DNA of 64,000 nucleotides from the human T2T-CHM13v2.0 reference genome, Homo sapiens. Positions 44,263 to 61,847 of the stretch are shown here, in pieces. The DNA lies in the NCBI RefSeq assembly GCF_009914755.1, contig NC_060947.1, one strand, 5' to 3'. Within the stretch, counting starts at the first letter, position 1. Each line of letters begins with the position of its first letter. The position numbers and the translations under genes were made by a program. The notes beneath the pieces were generated by a model, which searched no databases, had not been told where the DNA came from, and saw nothing but the letters and a program-made list of their open reading frames with translations.

Positions 44263-45310
44263 AACAAATATCAGTTATAGGTTTATATCAGAAACTCTTT
44301 TTTTTCTATTTTATATATATATATTTTAAATACGGATGGGGGGGGCGGTCTCGCTGTGTTGCCCAGGCTGGTCTCGAACTCCTGGGCTCAAGTGATTCTC
44401 CTATCTTGGCCTCCCGAGGTGCTGGAATTACAGGCATCAGCCACTGTGCTGGGCCTATACCAGACATTCTTAAAGATTGCTATTATACAATAGGCCAGGC
44501 AATTTTAACACACCATCTCATTTAATTGCCAAAGCAAGTTATAGCACAATATTTACCCCATTTTACACATTTTACACATGCTCAGGGAGGTTAAGTAACT
44601 CCTCTAAAGTCGCCTAGGCTGGGCGCAGTGGCTCACACCTGTAATCCCAACACTTTGGGAGGCCGAGGCAGGCGGATCACCAGAGGTCGGGAGTTTGAGA
44701 CCAGCCTGACCAACATGGAGAAACCCCGTCTCTACTAAAAATACAAAATTAGCCAGGTATGGTGGCGCATGCCTGTAATCCCAGCTACTCATGAGGGTGA
44801 GGCAGGAGAATCGCTTGAACCCGGGAGGCGGAGGTTGTGGGGTGAGCTGAGATCGTGCCATTGCACTCCAGCCTGGCCAATAAGAGTGAAACTCCGTCTC
44901 AAAATAAATAAATAAATAAATGAAAATAAAGTCGCACAACTACTAAGTGAGAGGTATGTATTTGATGTGAACTCAGGCCCGGCCAGCTCCATAGCTTTGT
45001 GAGCGCTCCATGTCGCTCTGCTGCCCCCATGCAGTTAACCAAAGCACCTACACGAAGTGTTTTGCTAAGACAAGACATCCTATGAATAGGACATTTTCTC
45101 TATCAATCTATGCGGAACTGACCTATGTAGACACAACTTAAGGTGTTTATGATGCAGACATCATCAGTGGAGTTCATCAACTTTTGGTGATTTGTAAATA
45201 AACCAGGAACTCACTCTACCATCAGCATGCCTTCTTGAGTGCCACACTTTAAAATGCATATTTCATTAATTTCACTTCAGGTGTAGGTGTTTGCTCGGTT
45301 ATTTTCATAA

Positions 45311-45463
<153 letters not shown>

Positions 45464-45772
45464 TGACACCACACCTGGCTCATTAAAAGGATTTTTTTTT
45501 TGTAGAGATGGGGTCTCACTATGTTTCCCAGGCTGGTCTCAAGCTCCTGGTGGGCTCAAGTGATCCTCCTGCCTCAGTCTTCCAAAGTGCTGGAATTACA
45601 TGTGTAAGTCCCTCTACCTGGCCTTATTTTATTTTAAAATAAAGTCATAAAGTTATATTTTAGAATAGTTTTAGATTTACGGAAAAGTTGCAAGAATATT
45701 AGAGAGTTCCTGTATAGCCTGCACCCAGTTTTCCTATGGTTACTTTATTTTTAAATATTTAATTTAATTTAA

Positions 45773-45979
<207 letters not shown>

Positions 45980-46591
45980 TAGTCTTGATCTCCTGACCTC
46001 GTGATCTGCCTGCCTTGGCCTCCCAAAGTGTTGGGATTACAGACATGAGCCACTGCGCCCAGCCAACAAATGCATTTATTGTACCTCCTTCATGCCAGAT
46101 GCAGTTTGTTGAAAGCAAAGTGTAGCGAGCAAGACATACCCTTCTGGATCTATCCTTGTGGAGCTCACAGTCTAGCAAAGGAGGCAGACATCAATTAATT
46201 GACCACACATGTAACCTTATAGTTACAATTGTGAAGGAAAACTACAGGGTAATTTAAGAGGTAGTAAGCAGAAGAACCTAACTGGACTGGAAGAAGAGAG
46301 GGGGAAGTCAGGGAAGGTCTCCCTGTGGAAGTGACAAGCAGGTTGAGACCTGAAGAATGAATGGATGTTAACCAAATGAAGAGGGAGAACATTCCAGGAC
46401 AAGGGAATGGGAGGTGGTACTTTCTGTTTTGTTTTGTTTTTGAGACAGGGTCTCACTCTGTCATCCAGGCTGGAGTGCAGTGGTGCAAGCTGGGCTCACT
46501 GCAACCTCTACCTCGCGGGTTCAAGCGATCCTCCCCACCTCAGCCCCCCAAGTAGCTGGGACCACAGGTGTGCACCATCACGCCCAGCTAA

Positions 46592-46759
<168 letters not shown>

Positions 46760-46798
46760 TAGTGGAATTGATCCTTTTCTCTTTTTAAAAACTTTTTA

Positions 46799-47065
<267 letters not shown>

Positions 47066-47140
47066 TCAAAAAAAAATCCAAAAAACAAAAAACAAAAAAA
47101 AACAAACAAGGCTCTGCACAGTGGCTCACGCCTGTAATCA

Positions 47141-47431
<291 letters not shown>

Positions 47432-47890
47432 TTACCTTGAAAATACACTCCTGGAACTAATCCTTTACAGACATCATTCAATCCTTACAAACCTGAGGTA
47501 GTCAGGTATGACTGGATATAAAAGTCTTCTAAGAGAGCAAGGTCCCACAGTTGGTTCAGTGATGAAGCTGGGATTCAACCTTAGGCTTGCCTGCAAGACC
47601 TTGAGGGGTTACTCTGTCCCTCCAAATTAAAACCCTGGAGTTGGAAGAGAACTGGCATCAATTTAGCAGCTTATGTTGAGCACCAACTCCATGGCAGCTC
47701 AGCCTGATTTTATCTCAGCCTCCCATCACAACGTCCCTCTCCCTGTGCCAACATATGGTGCATCTGTGCTGGGGACTGACACCAAAACGTTCTTCCTGCT
47801 CACTCCCTACTCCTCATCTCCTTTTCCTAGTCAGGCAACTGAACCAAGTGCTTTGGTGCATTATTAAATTTCATCCTCACAACCTTCTGA

Positions 47891-48269
<379 letters not shown>

Positions 48270-48931
48270 TAATGAATCCAGACTATAGTCTGGTGATACA
48301 CAGACAGCAGCAAACTCAACCAATCTGCTGCCTGCCTCTCAGTAGGTCAAGGGATGGGCAGTGTCATCACAAGGGTGACTTCCTGTCTTTCAAAACCTGT
48401 CATCTAATGCTTCCCTTCTTTACTATTTCAGTACCATTTTGAAATCTTAAAATACATCGCAAGTTCCCCTTCCTTCCTTCAAGATGCACTGATCTAACCC
48501 AACTCCCTTCATAGATATGGGGAAACAGGTACTGGCAATTGTACAAGATAGCGAGGGGCCACTGGATCCAGACCCCACAGCTTTCAACTCCCAGGCTCCA
48601 AATAAACCCCTCACACACGGCTAACCCCATGTCCATGTCATTTTCCCTTTCTCCAAATCCTAATCCTACCTTCCGAGTAGTTGGGATTACAGGTGCAATA
48701 CTTGGGTGCCTGTAATCCCAACTATTCGAGGTCTGTAGAGAAAGCTGCCTATGCCATTAGATCTTGGCCTTGTCACTTAACCTCCTTGGGCTCTGTTAGC
48801 AAACACCCAACCTACTCTGAAGCAGAAGACTGCTTTCTAATGCTCTGAAATGGTTAGAAATGTCCCTGTCTTGTGACTGCCAGTTAATTTTATCAAGTCC
48901 CTCTCCTTTGGACTTGAGTATCGTTTTTTGA

Positions 48932-49192
<261 letters not shown>

Positions 49193-49473
49193 TAACATTT
49201 TTAAGTATGTTAATATTTACCAACTGCTGTTCACAGTGGCAACTTTCTTTGAATATGAAGGCATCACTGATGCAATAAGAAAAAATATTTGCAGTCAGGC
49301 CGGGGACAGTGGCTCACACTTGTAATCCCAGCACTTTGGGAGGCCAAGGCAGGCGGATTACCTGAGGTCAGGAGTTCGAGACCAGCCTGACCAGCATGGC
49401 GAAACCCCATCTCTACTAAAAAAAAATACAAAAATGAGCCGGGCATGGTGGTAGGCACCTGTAATCCCAACTA

Positions 49474-49968
<495 letters not shown>

Positions 49969-50710
49969 TGAACTCCTGACCTCAGGTGATCCATCTGCCT
50001 CGGCCTCCCAAAGTGCTGGGATCACAGGTGTGAGCCACTGTGCCCAGCCGGAATTGCTTTCATCTGAACCTCCTAGTGTGGTTGTAAGGCAGGGACCCCT
50101 TTGCTGTGCAATCCCACCATTACCACTTGCACACTTTATGCAGCAGCCCACATCTTCTGCCACCTGCCTTCTCAGCTATGTCCAGGCAGCACAGGCCCCC
50201 TATCGACTGGGCAGGGAGTTACAGCCAAACCCTGTTCTTTCCCTTGTTGCTGCAGTTTCAATCCTAATTCCACTGGTATTTGGGGGAGCTTTGTTCCCTC
50301 TCACGTTTTCTACAGAAAAGATCTGCTAAGGTTTGTATATTGGCCTATTCGTTGTTACCACTTAACATGCCACATAATTTGTCTATCAACCAATGAATTC
50401 CAAGTACCTAGAACAGTGTCTGACACAAAGGTGGCCAATAATTTGTTAATGCATCTCTCTAAATATGAAGTTGCTACTGGTTCTTTGAGATGTTAAACAT
50501 AATTCCCTGATGATTCGTCAGCCAGGGAAACTGCAAGGGGTACCGAAGAAGCTGCACTAACCCAGTAAAAGCTCAAATCCACAAGATTTCCACCGTGTAC
50601 ATTCACTCAGCTGTAGCTCTTCAGTAAGTCAGGCAATAGCATTACCTGTTACAATGTCAACAATTAACCTAGATTTTTTTTAAACAAGTGAACTCGCTTG
50701 AATCCAGGAA

Positions 50711-50962
50711 CAGGGGTGGGCAATCTTTTTGCATAAAGAGCAAAGTAGTAAATATTTTAGGCTTTGCAGGCCACATTATCTCTGTGCACAAGGGTGCATT
50801 TATATACATAATACGTAAGTTATGCATATGGCTGTGAAACAAGAACATTTTATATGGACAGAAATTTGTATTTCAATTTTCAGATGGCATAAAATATTCT
50901 TTCAACTATTTAAAAATGTAGGAACCATATAGTTCACAGACTGTACAAAAACAGGCAGCAGA
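50711..50962. mobile_element. MER58-like hAT DNA transposon fragment
   Basis: caggggtgggcaatcttttt...gtaaatattttaggctttgcaggccac...ctgtacaaaaacaggcagc. Confidence 0.6.
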
Positions 50963-50982
50963 TGGCTGGACGCGGTGGCTCA

Positions 50983-51482
<500 letters not shown>

Positions 51483-51650
51483 TCAGTCCTTTACACTAAA
51501 CACACTTCAAGCACATGGTAGCCAGAGAACATTTCTATCATTGCAGAAAGTTCTACTGGATAGTGTTGTTATTAGGTTTGGCAGGGAAGGGAGAATTCAG
51601 TAATTGACAAACCACAATACAACAGCAATTAAAAAGAAAGGCCTTACATA

Positions 51651-51656
51651 TTTATT
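51651..51656 (-). terminator. RPL39 polyadenylation signal AATAAA
   Basis: TTTATT on the + strand about 150 nt after the stop, followed on the minus strand by U/GU-rich sequence. Confidence 0.85.
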
Positions 51657-51808
51657 ACTGAATCCAGCCAACCAACGTGTTCATAACAGATTCAGAGAGG
51701 AAAACACGTCGAAATCTCCAGATAGTGGTGACATTTTCAGCTTGATATGGTAACATGATCGTGACCTTCAGACAGCATAAATATGTGTGCCATCTCATGT
51801 GCAATTCC

Positions 51809-51857
51809 TTATAGACCCAGCTTGGTTCTTCTCCAATGTCTCCTTTTGGAGTTGTAC
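51809..51857 (-). CDS. RPL39: RPL39 exon 3 coding part (R-YNSKRRHWRRTKLGL*); complete CDS 3+104+49=156 nt, 51 aa 60S ribosomal protein eL39
   Basis: TAG acceptor at 51858-51860 and TAA stop at 51809-51811. The frames join correctly across both introns. Confidence 0.97.
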
Positions 51858-52476
51858 CTACACAGAAAAAAATGTCAAGTTACAAAGGCAGTCTGACAGC
51901 AATGTAGCTGTTCCCATTCACATAACCTTTTAGGTACCACAAAATACAAAGGGTACTGCTTTTCTCTCCTTTAACAAGTTTGGAGTTCTTTCTGGAGAGT
52001 AAAAAAAATAATTCCCTATGTGTTTAAAAACTAGCCAAGTCAAGTTTTATCCTCTCAAAATAATTTCAAGGCTAGGCTCTTAACTAGGATCAGAGTAGTG
52101 GCGAAGCCCACTCTCTCCAAGTGTACTTGTACCCACTTTTGATTCAATGGACCTGGAGGTACACAGACATACTCTGAACCCCCTCATAATGGGTCACAAA
52201 CATATAAAAGCTCCCGCATGATATTTTTTTGAGACAGAGTCGCCCGCCCCCCCAACACCACCCAGCTAATTTTTGTATTTTTGTATTTTTAGTAGAGGCA
52301 GGGTTTCACCATGTTGGCCAGGCTGGTCTCGAACTGGCTGGACTTCGAGATCCACCCGCCTCGTCCTCCCAAAGAGTTGAGATTACAGGCATGAGCCACT
52401 GCACCTGGCCTCGCATGATCTTTACAATCGATCAACTCCTCCATTCACGTCTAGTGCAGGGAAACAGCAATCCCAG

Positions 52477-52608
52477 AATTGTCCATGTCAATCTGTCATG
52501 ATTTTACCCTCATAAAGGCAAAATCAAAAATGATTAACACGGCTTTTCTTTCAGCAGGATAATGGCAGTACTTCCACAAAATGAAGCACTGTAATTGCAA
52601 CCTGCTTT
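52477..52608 (-). ncRNA. SNORA69: H/ACA box snoRNA SNORA69 (U69), 132 nt, in RPL39 intron 2
   Basis: Minus strand AAAGCAGGTTGCAATTACAG...CCTGCTGAAAGAAAAGCC...GACATGGACAATT. It has a 5' hairpin closed by GCAGG/CCTGC, an H box (ANANNA) in the hinge and ACA three nt from the 3' end. It matches my recollection of U69 and its host gene. Confidence 0.92.
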
Positions 52609-53545
52609 CAAAAACATTTTTAACGCTGGAAGATAGCTAAAACAATGAAAATCATTCCATTGGGTCAATTATCTGGGTCAAGGGTATATACTCTTACGTA
52701 CAAAATACCTTCCCAATTCTAGGAGACCACAGAGTTTAATAGCAGGTTATTTACTGAACTAGGCGTTGAGTTTTACATACATTTTTCTTTTTTTGAGACA
52801 GGGTCACACTGTTGCCCAGGCTACAATGCAGTGGCCGGATCACAGCTCACTGCAGCCTGTGAATTCCTGGGCTCAAGTGATCCTCCCACTTCAGCCTCCT
52901 AAATAGTTAGGACTACAAGCACGTGCCACCAAGTCCAGCTAATTTATATTTTTGGTAGAGATGGACGGGGGTGGTCTCCCTATGTTGCCCAGGCTGGTCT
53001 CAAATTCCTGGCCTCAAGCAATCCTCCTGCGTTGGCCTCTCCCAAAGTGCTGGGATTATAAGTATGAAGCACTGTGCCTGGTTTATATATACTTCTTTCA
53101 CTCTTCACAAGCAGGTCCCACCATCAGGCAGGACACAGAGAAACCCACGTTCAAGTAGATGTATCAAATAATAAAGGACAGTGTCTAGTATCCAGTAAAC
53201 AAATGGTAAGCAATTAACTAGCCCATAACATTACAATGGGTGGCAATTTTCACATCTAACTAGCTAAATGAACCAAGGAAATAGGCCCTCAACTTTAGCC
53301 CTAAGAAGCCACCCCTTTAAGTCTTCTTAGCAAACCAATCCCACTAGCTTTGCCATACAAGTCGAATCAAGTTCTGGCTGGGCGCGGTGGCTCATGCCTG
53401 TAATCCCAGCATGTTGGGAGGCAGAGGCGCGTGAATCACGAGGTCAGGAGTTCAAGACCAGCCTGGCCAAGATGGTGAAACCCCGTCTCTACTAAAAATA
53501 CAAAAATTAGCCGGGTGTGGTGGCAGGCACCTGTAATCCCAGCTA

Positions 53546-53653
<108 letters not shown>

Positions 53654-54304
53654 TCAAAAAAAAAAAAAAGAGAAAGTGCTTTGACTAGCCTGGGCAACAT
53701 GGCGAAACCCCATCTCTACAACAGGTACACAAATTAGCCAGGCATGGTGGTGAACGCCTGTAGTCCCAGCTACTCAGGAGGAGGCTGAGGTGGGAGGGTT
53801 ACACCACTGCACTCAGCCTGGGTGAGAGAGCGACTGCTGAACCTTGGGCAACTCTTGCTGATTCTTGATGCTCCCTTCAAAACCTGTCTCAAGGCCCATC
53901 AGGTCCAAAGAGCGATGGGCTGAAAAAGCCATACAGGAGACTGTTTCAGGCCTAGCTTTCCCTGGAGTTAGTCTAGATGACCTTGGAGGTCCTTCATAGC
54001 AATTCTAGTAATGTTTTTCCTTTGAGATCAACTACTTCTGCAGTAGAGGACAGTTTTCTAATCTTTTCTAGTCTCTTTTTAGAAAAGAGAAACATCTAAA
54101 AGACTGGGCTAGGTGTGATGGCTCACGCCTGTAATCTCTGCACTTTGGTAGGGTGAGACAGGAGGATTGCTTGAGCTCAGGAGTTCAAGACCAGCTTGGG
54201 CAACACAGAGAGACCCCATCTCTACAAAAAATTTAAAAATTAGCCAGGTGTGGTGGCGTGTGCCTGTAGTCCCAGCTACTCAGAGAGATGAGGTGGGAGG
54301 GTCA

Positions 54305-54772
<468 letters not shown>

Positions 54773-55030
54773 TTATGACCTAGCTCAGACTGAAGATGAC
54801 CAGGAAATTAATAAGTATTGGAGAATTATCTGCCCATAAGCCCAGATGTGGGCTGGATGCAGTGCAGAAACAAAGGAAGTACGTTTTTAAAAACGAATTT
54901 GAGAATGCTGTCAAAGGGTGGATTGGATTGCATGCAATTTTAATCATGTATTTATACTCAAAAAGTAACCCTGGCCAGACACAGTGGCTCTTACATTTAG
55001 CAAAATACAAGCAGTATGATGGAGGTCTTA

Positions 55031-55225
<195 letters not shown>

Positions 55226-56697
55226 TTAACACATACCCCAGCCCCAAAATCTTCTCAATGCTAAGCCATCAAGCCAAGCAAGTCTCTGACCCTCACAACT
55301 TCTCTGGGGGCAGATACCACAGTTTCCATCGTTCAGATAAAATAAGTGGAATCCGGTTAAGAAACATGCACAAAATCAGAGCATCAATGTGCAGAACCAG
55401 GATTCAAACCCAGGTCCTTTCTGCTCCACAGCCAGAGGCTACCTTTCAATTTACCCTGTGGTCCCCCAAGGACTCAGACGACCACACTGGGAATGGCTAG
55501 GGAATCTGGCTTCCTGGGAAGAACACAGCTTTGAGTCAAACAGAACCACCTACCTACCATTTGCAAGTCAACGAATCTCAGTGCTCTACTTTGTAAAACA
55601 GGGGTACGTACTTTTCAAGTGTTATTGGGAGGGTAATTAAGACTTAGGGAAAGTCCCTGACATTCAGAAGATCTAACCTACTCACCATTTCGGTATTAAT
55701 CCTAACTCTATCTCTACTGCTAAATTTCACTGGCTAAAAAAATAAACTTTTAAATTTAAAAATAAATGAAATGTCACTTTTCCAAGGATGACTGTCTCAA
55801 TTTCTAGTTGCATCTTTTGGCTTTCATCTAAGGCCAACCCCAATACTCCCCCAAATCTACAGAATAATCTTGCAAAATTGGCACGGATGCAGGTTTAATG
55901 CCTGGCCAACCTGGACGAACATACCCTTGCATAATAATGGGAGCCAATACAAAGAAGGCAAAGATTACACCCCGTCCCCCATCCACAGTAGCAGTTGTAA
56001 ATTTTGTCAAGTAATAAATTACTTGACAAGTAATAAAATACCAGTACTTATCGCCTCCATATCTAGAAATCAACATTTTACATTTCCCAGTAAAGAGTGA
56101 CTGGTTCGCTGCTGCCATTTACTAAGAAGGCCAGAATGACACACAGGTTCGCAAAACACCCCTTGTTCTAGGCGCTTCCACGGGGTGACGCTCAAGTCTC
56201 TGAATAAACGTCCTCTAAACAAAAGTCCTGGGATCTAAAAATGCGGTTCGCTTCTCCACGCCAAGCTAAACCCTTTTCGAAAACCAGTAGCCCACAATAC
56301 CCTCCTGATTACCCTCCACGTTGCGCATGCCACGGGCAGCCAACAGTCAGGCCACGATTTCGGGGGTGGCTGCCACCTCCCACCCCCCGCCTCCAGAACG
56401 AGTTCGCTACAAGCGAAGGGAAACCGGAATCCCTGCCCGACTCGGCAGCGGCCGGGCAAAGAAAGAGCCCCCTTGAATCCGCGGCCGCAGCGCAGCCCGT
56501 CCCTCTCCAGGTTGCTCGCTGGCTCACTAGCTTCCCTCCAGGCCACGAAAGACAACAGTGGCCGAACTGGATATTTTCTTGAAAAAGCCTTTAAAAGGCT
56601 CCCGCCCCTCGACGCTCCGCGCGGCCCAGGCATTTCCTGGCAGCGGCCTCGGGTTTTGGGAAGCCACCCCGGGGCCGATGGGGGCCGATGGACTTAC

Positions 56698-56700
56698 CAT
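56698..56700 (-). CDS. RPL39: RPL39 coding exon 1 (initiator ATG only)
   Basis: Minus strand reads ...CTCGCC ATG|GTAAGT, so the start codon is immediately followed by a canonical splice donor. Confidence 0.93.
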
Positions 56701-56757
56701 GGCGAGCAGCGGAGTCAAGAACACACCACGATGGCGGAGAAAGGAAGAGGAGGGAAG
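56701..56757 (-). promoter_or_regulatory. RPL39 5'UTR with polypyrimidine (TCT/5'TOP) initiator, TSS near 56749
   Basis: Minus strand CTTCCCTCCTCTTCCTTTCTCCGCCATC is a pyrimidine tract followed by a YY1-like CCGCCAT, typical of ribosomal protein genes. Confidence 0.85.
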
Positions 56758-57631
56758 CTGGCGGAAGAACGAGCTTAGAAGGCGCTTCCGATGGGCGGAG
56801 TTTAGGAGGTGACGCTATGCACCGACCGCCTCTTCTAGTGCCTTCTCTGTCTAGCGGTGCGCTCCTGTGGCGCCGTGGGAAAGCGCGCTGGTTTCTGCCA
56901 AATGCAGTTAGCTTTGCTTCGCTTCCCTAAGTGCGTTCCCCCAGGGGCCCGGCAGTGTGCTAGGGGCACCCTGCTTCGTAAGTGAGGCAGACAGCCCGTG
57001 ATAAATGCCAAAGTAGAAGCCCCTCCGAAAAATTAAGGAGCCGATTGGGCGGGACTAACCCTAAGGGAGGGCAGGGGAAGCGACCGTCACCTCCGGGCGC
57101 CGGGGACTCGGAACGCCGGGTCGGAGCTCGGCAGGCGGAGAGTAAGTGCCATTTTCCCAGAGGGTTACGAGTCATTTCGGCCTGGCTGGGAGGTGTGGGA
57201 AGGGACAGTCGTGTCGGAGGAAGCCGGAGAAGTTGGAGGGGGTTGGACCACGTGGACGCTTATGTAAGCCTAGGGGTTTTCGACTAGGCGGAAGGTTGCC
57301 AATCAAAGTTTTCAACTCAGAAAGTTAGGGACAGAACCTCTTCCTTGGCTGCTAGAAGTCCAGCCTGACATTGTAGCCCGCCTTTGGCAAGATGTACAAT
57401 AATTAATAACATGCGTTTGGGATGCTAGTGTTCCCCATTTTCATCCTTTGCCCCATTTAAAAGCAAAAACCTTTCCTTTTTGATGAGTAAATAAAATAAA
57501 CATAAAAATAAGCTGGGCGTGGTGGCTCACGCTTGTAATCCCAGCACTTTGGGAGGCCTAGGCGGGCGGATTACTTGAAGCGAGGAGTTCGAGACCAGCC
57601 TGGCCAACATGGTGAAACCCCGTCCCTACTA

Positions 57632-57793
<162 letters not shown>

Positions 57794-58016
57794 TCAAAAA
57801 AGAAAAAGTAAATAAATAAACGCAAAAACCTCCATGTATATTTGCAGTCACCTCAAGCATTTTTACACCAACGGATTACAGCAAGGGTTTTTAACCTGGA
57901 GTCCACAAGAGTCCATGTATAGAATTCAGAGGATCCCATGAACTTGAATGGGAAAATACAACTTTATTTTCACCAAATTTAATGAAATGTAATGCTTTCT
58001 TTATTTAGGAATGTAG

Positions 58017-58415
<399 letters not shown>

Positions 58416-59285
58416 TAAGCCGGTCTCGAACTCCTGACCTCAAGTGATCCGCCCGCCTCGGCCTCCCAAAGTGCTGGGATTACTGGAGTGCGCTACCGTG
58501 CCCGGCCTAAAGTCACATTCTGAGGTCCTGGGGATTAGGGCTTCAACACATGAATTTTGGGGGAACATAATTTAGCTCATGACACCACCAGTCACCTTCT
58601 AAGGCCGAATTCAAATGCTGTCTCTTCCCCTTAGCTGGAAATCATCACCCCTTCAACACTGTTGTAATAGTTTATTTGTACCTTTCTTATGGCTCCTAGC
58701 ACTATCTGTTCTGTTGCAATGCAAAAGGATGAAAGTAACAGTGGCTGCTGCTTATGGGGCTTGATAGTTACTATGTAGCTGCATGTATTAATTCAAGCCT
58801 CACTGTGAGCTTACCATGTTTTACCAGTGACCTTTTGAATCTTCACCAGAACACTACAAGGTAAGTATGGTTAATCATCCTCATTTTACAGAAGAGGGAA
58901 CTGCAACAGGGACAGATTAAGTTGTATACCCAAGGTCACACAGCTACTATGTTGCACAGCCGGTACTCAGACTCAGGTAGTCCAGGCTTCAGAGTCTGTG
59001 CTGTCACCACTACCCTCTACTGCCTTTTCAACACAGATTTTGGGAACCTACTCTGTCTGGTTCGGGTCTTCGTGTTGGGGGTACAGAAGCAAACAAATCT
59101 GACCAAAAATCCCTGCCCTCTTGGAGTCTTGTGGCGATGGTATGGTTCTGGATTTTTTTGTGGTGGGAATTACACAAAGCTACACGTGTGATAGAATTTG
59201 CCAAGTGTGGTGACTCACGTCTGTAATCCCAGCACTTTGGGAGGCTGAGGCGGGCGGATCACCTGAGGTCAGGAGTTCGAGATCA

Positions 59286-59537
<252 letters not shown>

Positions 59538-60343
59538 TCAGGAGGCTGAGACAGAGAGAATTGCTTGAACCCAGGAGGTGGAGGGTGCAGTGAGCCGAGA
59601 TCACAACACTGCACCCCAGCCTGGGTGACAGAGTGAGACTCTGTCTCAAAAAACAAAAACAAAAAAACAAAAAAAACAATTCTATACAACTCCCCCCTGC
59701 CCACCCCTGCCCCAAGGGGCATATGTATAACTGGTGAAATCTGAATAAGCTCTGTGGACTGTGCCAACGTGAATTTCCTGGTTGTGATATTGTACTATAG
59801 TTATGCAAGATGCTAACACTGGGGAAAACTAGATAAAGGGTACACAGGGCCTCTCAGTCCCTTTCTTTGCAACTTCTTGCGAATCTATTGTTATTTCAAA
59901 ATACAAGTCTAAAAAAACTCTGCCTTCATTGAGTTTAATTATAGTGGGGAGTTAGACAACAAATATGTAAATTACATGGCACATCAGAAGGAGGTGTCAT
60001 CAAGAAAAGCAAAGCAGGGGCCAGGTGCAGTGGCTAACACCTGTAATCCCAGCATTTTGGAAGGCTGGGGAAGGAGGAATAGTTGAGACCAGGAGTTTTA
60101 GATCAGCCTGGACAACATAGTGAGACTCTCTACAAAAAATACAAAATTTAGCCACTGGATGTGGTGGCACGTGCCCGTAGCTCCAGCTACTTGGAAGGCG
60201 AGAAGGGAGGAGCGCTTGAGCCCAGGAGTTCGAGGCTGCAGTGAGCCATGATTGTGCCACTGCACTCCAGCCTGAGCAACAGAGTGAGACCCTGTCTCAA
60301 AACAAACAAAAAATTGAGGGCTGGGCGCGGTGGCTCACGCCTA

Positions 60344-60711
<368 letters not shown>

Positions 60712-61294
60712 TTAAAAGCTTATTTGCTGCTGCTTCTGGTCACCAGAAAGAAAATGCTTGCTCTTAAATAAATGAGCAATAAAAATCCAAAAAATCCAAG
60801 TTAAAAAATGTATATTTGGAAAAATGGTCGGGCGTGGTGGCTCCCACCTGTAATCCCAGCACTTTGGGAGGCTGAGGCGGGTGGATCAACTTAGATCAGG
60901 AGTTCGAGACCAGCCTGGCCAACATGGCAGAACCCTGTCTCTACTAAAAATACAAAAATTAGCCGGGAATGGTGGCACACCTGTAATCACAGCTATTCAG
61001 GAGGCTGAGGCAGGAGAATTGCTTGAACCTAGGAGGTGGAAGTTTCAGTGAGCCGAGATCACACCATTGCACTTCAGCCTGGGCAACAGAGTGAGACCCT
61101 GTCTCAAAAAAAAAAAAAAAGTTGGAAAAAAATAATGCAGCAATAAAAAATAATACAAATATAGACAGGTGTGGCAGCATGCACCTGTAGTCCTAGCTAC
61201 TTGGGAGGCTGCGGCAGGCAGATTGCTTGATCCCAGGAGTTCAAGTCCAGCCTGGGCAATGTAGTGAGACCCTATCTCTAAAAATAAATACAAA

Positions 61295-61508
61295 TGAAAA
61301 ACAATACAGTATAATAATTATTTACATAGCATTTACACTACATTAGGTATTATAAGTAAACAAGAGATGACTTAAAGTATACAGGAGGATGTGTGTAGGT
61401 TATATGCAAATATTACATAATTTTATATAAAGGACTTGGACATCAGTGGATTTTGGTATTAAAGAGATCCTGGAACCAATCCTTCATGGATACTGAGAGA
61501 CGATTATA
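61295..61508. mobile_element. MER2-like (Tigger) DNA transposon fragment
   Basis: tatttacatagcatttacac...ggaggatgtgtgtaggttatatgcaaata...cctggaaccaatccttcatggatactgag. Confidence 0.7.
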
Positions 61509-61565
61509 TTTGCAAAGGTGTAGATGCTAAGAACAGGTATCCAGGGCCTCCCAGAGCCAGCCTAG

Positions 61566-61847
<282 letters not shown>

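Larger units (their letters stand above)
56230..57300. promoter_or_regulatory. CpG island / promoter of RPL39
   Basis: High CpG density, GC boxes (GGGCGG near 56794 and 57047), ATTGG/CCAAT near 57044 and ETS-like CGGAA motifs. Confidence 0.85.

Noticed and set aside
43891-44280. ORF with (GRKE)n repeats
   Set aside because: Translation of the GGAA microsatellite.
53890-53925. Small hairpin GCCCATC...GATGGGC in RPL39 intron 2, considered as a second snoRNA
   Set aside because: Only a 7-bp stem, with no convincing H/ACA or C/D box arrangement.
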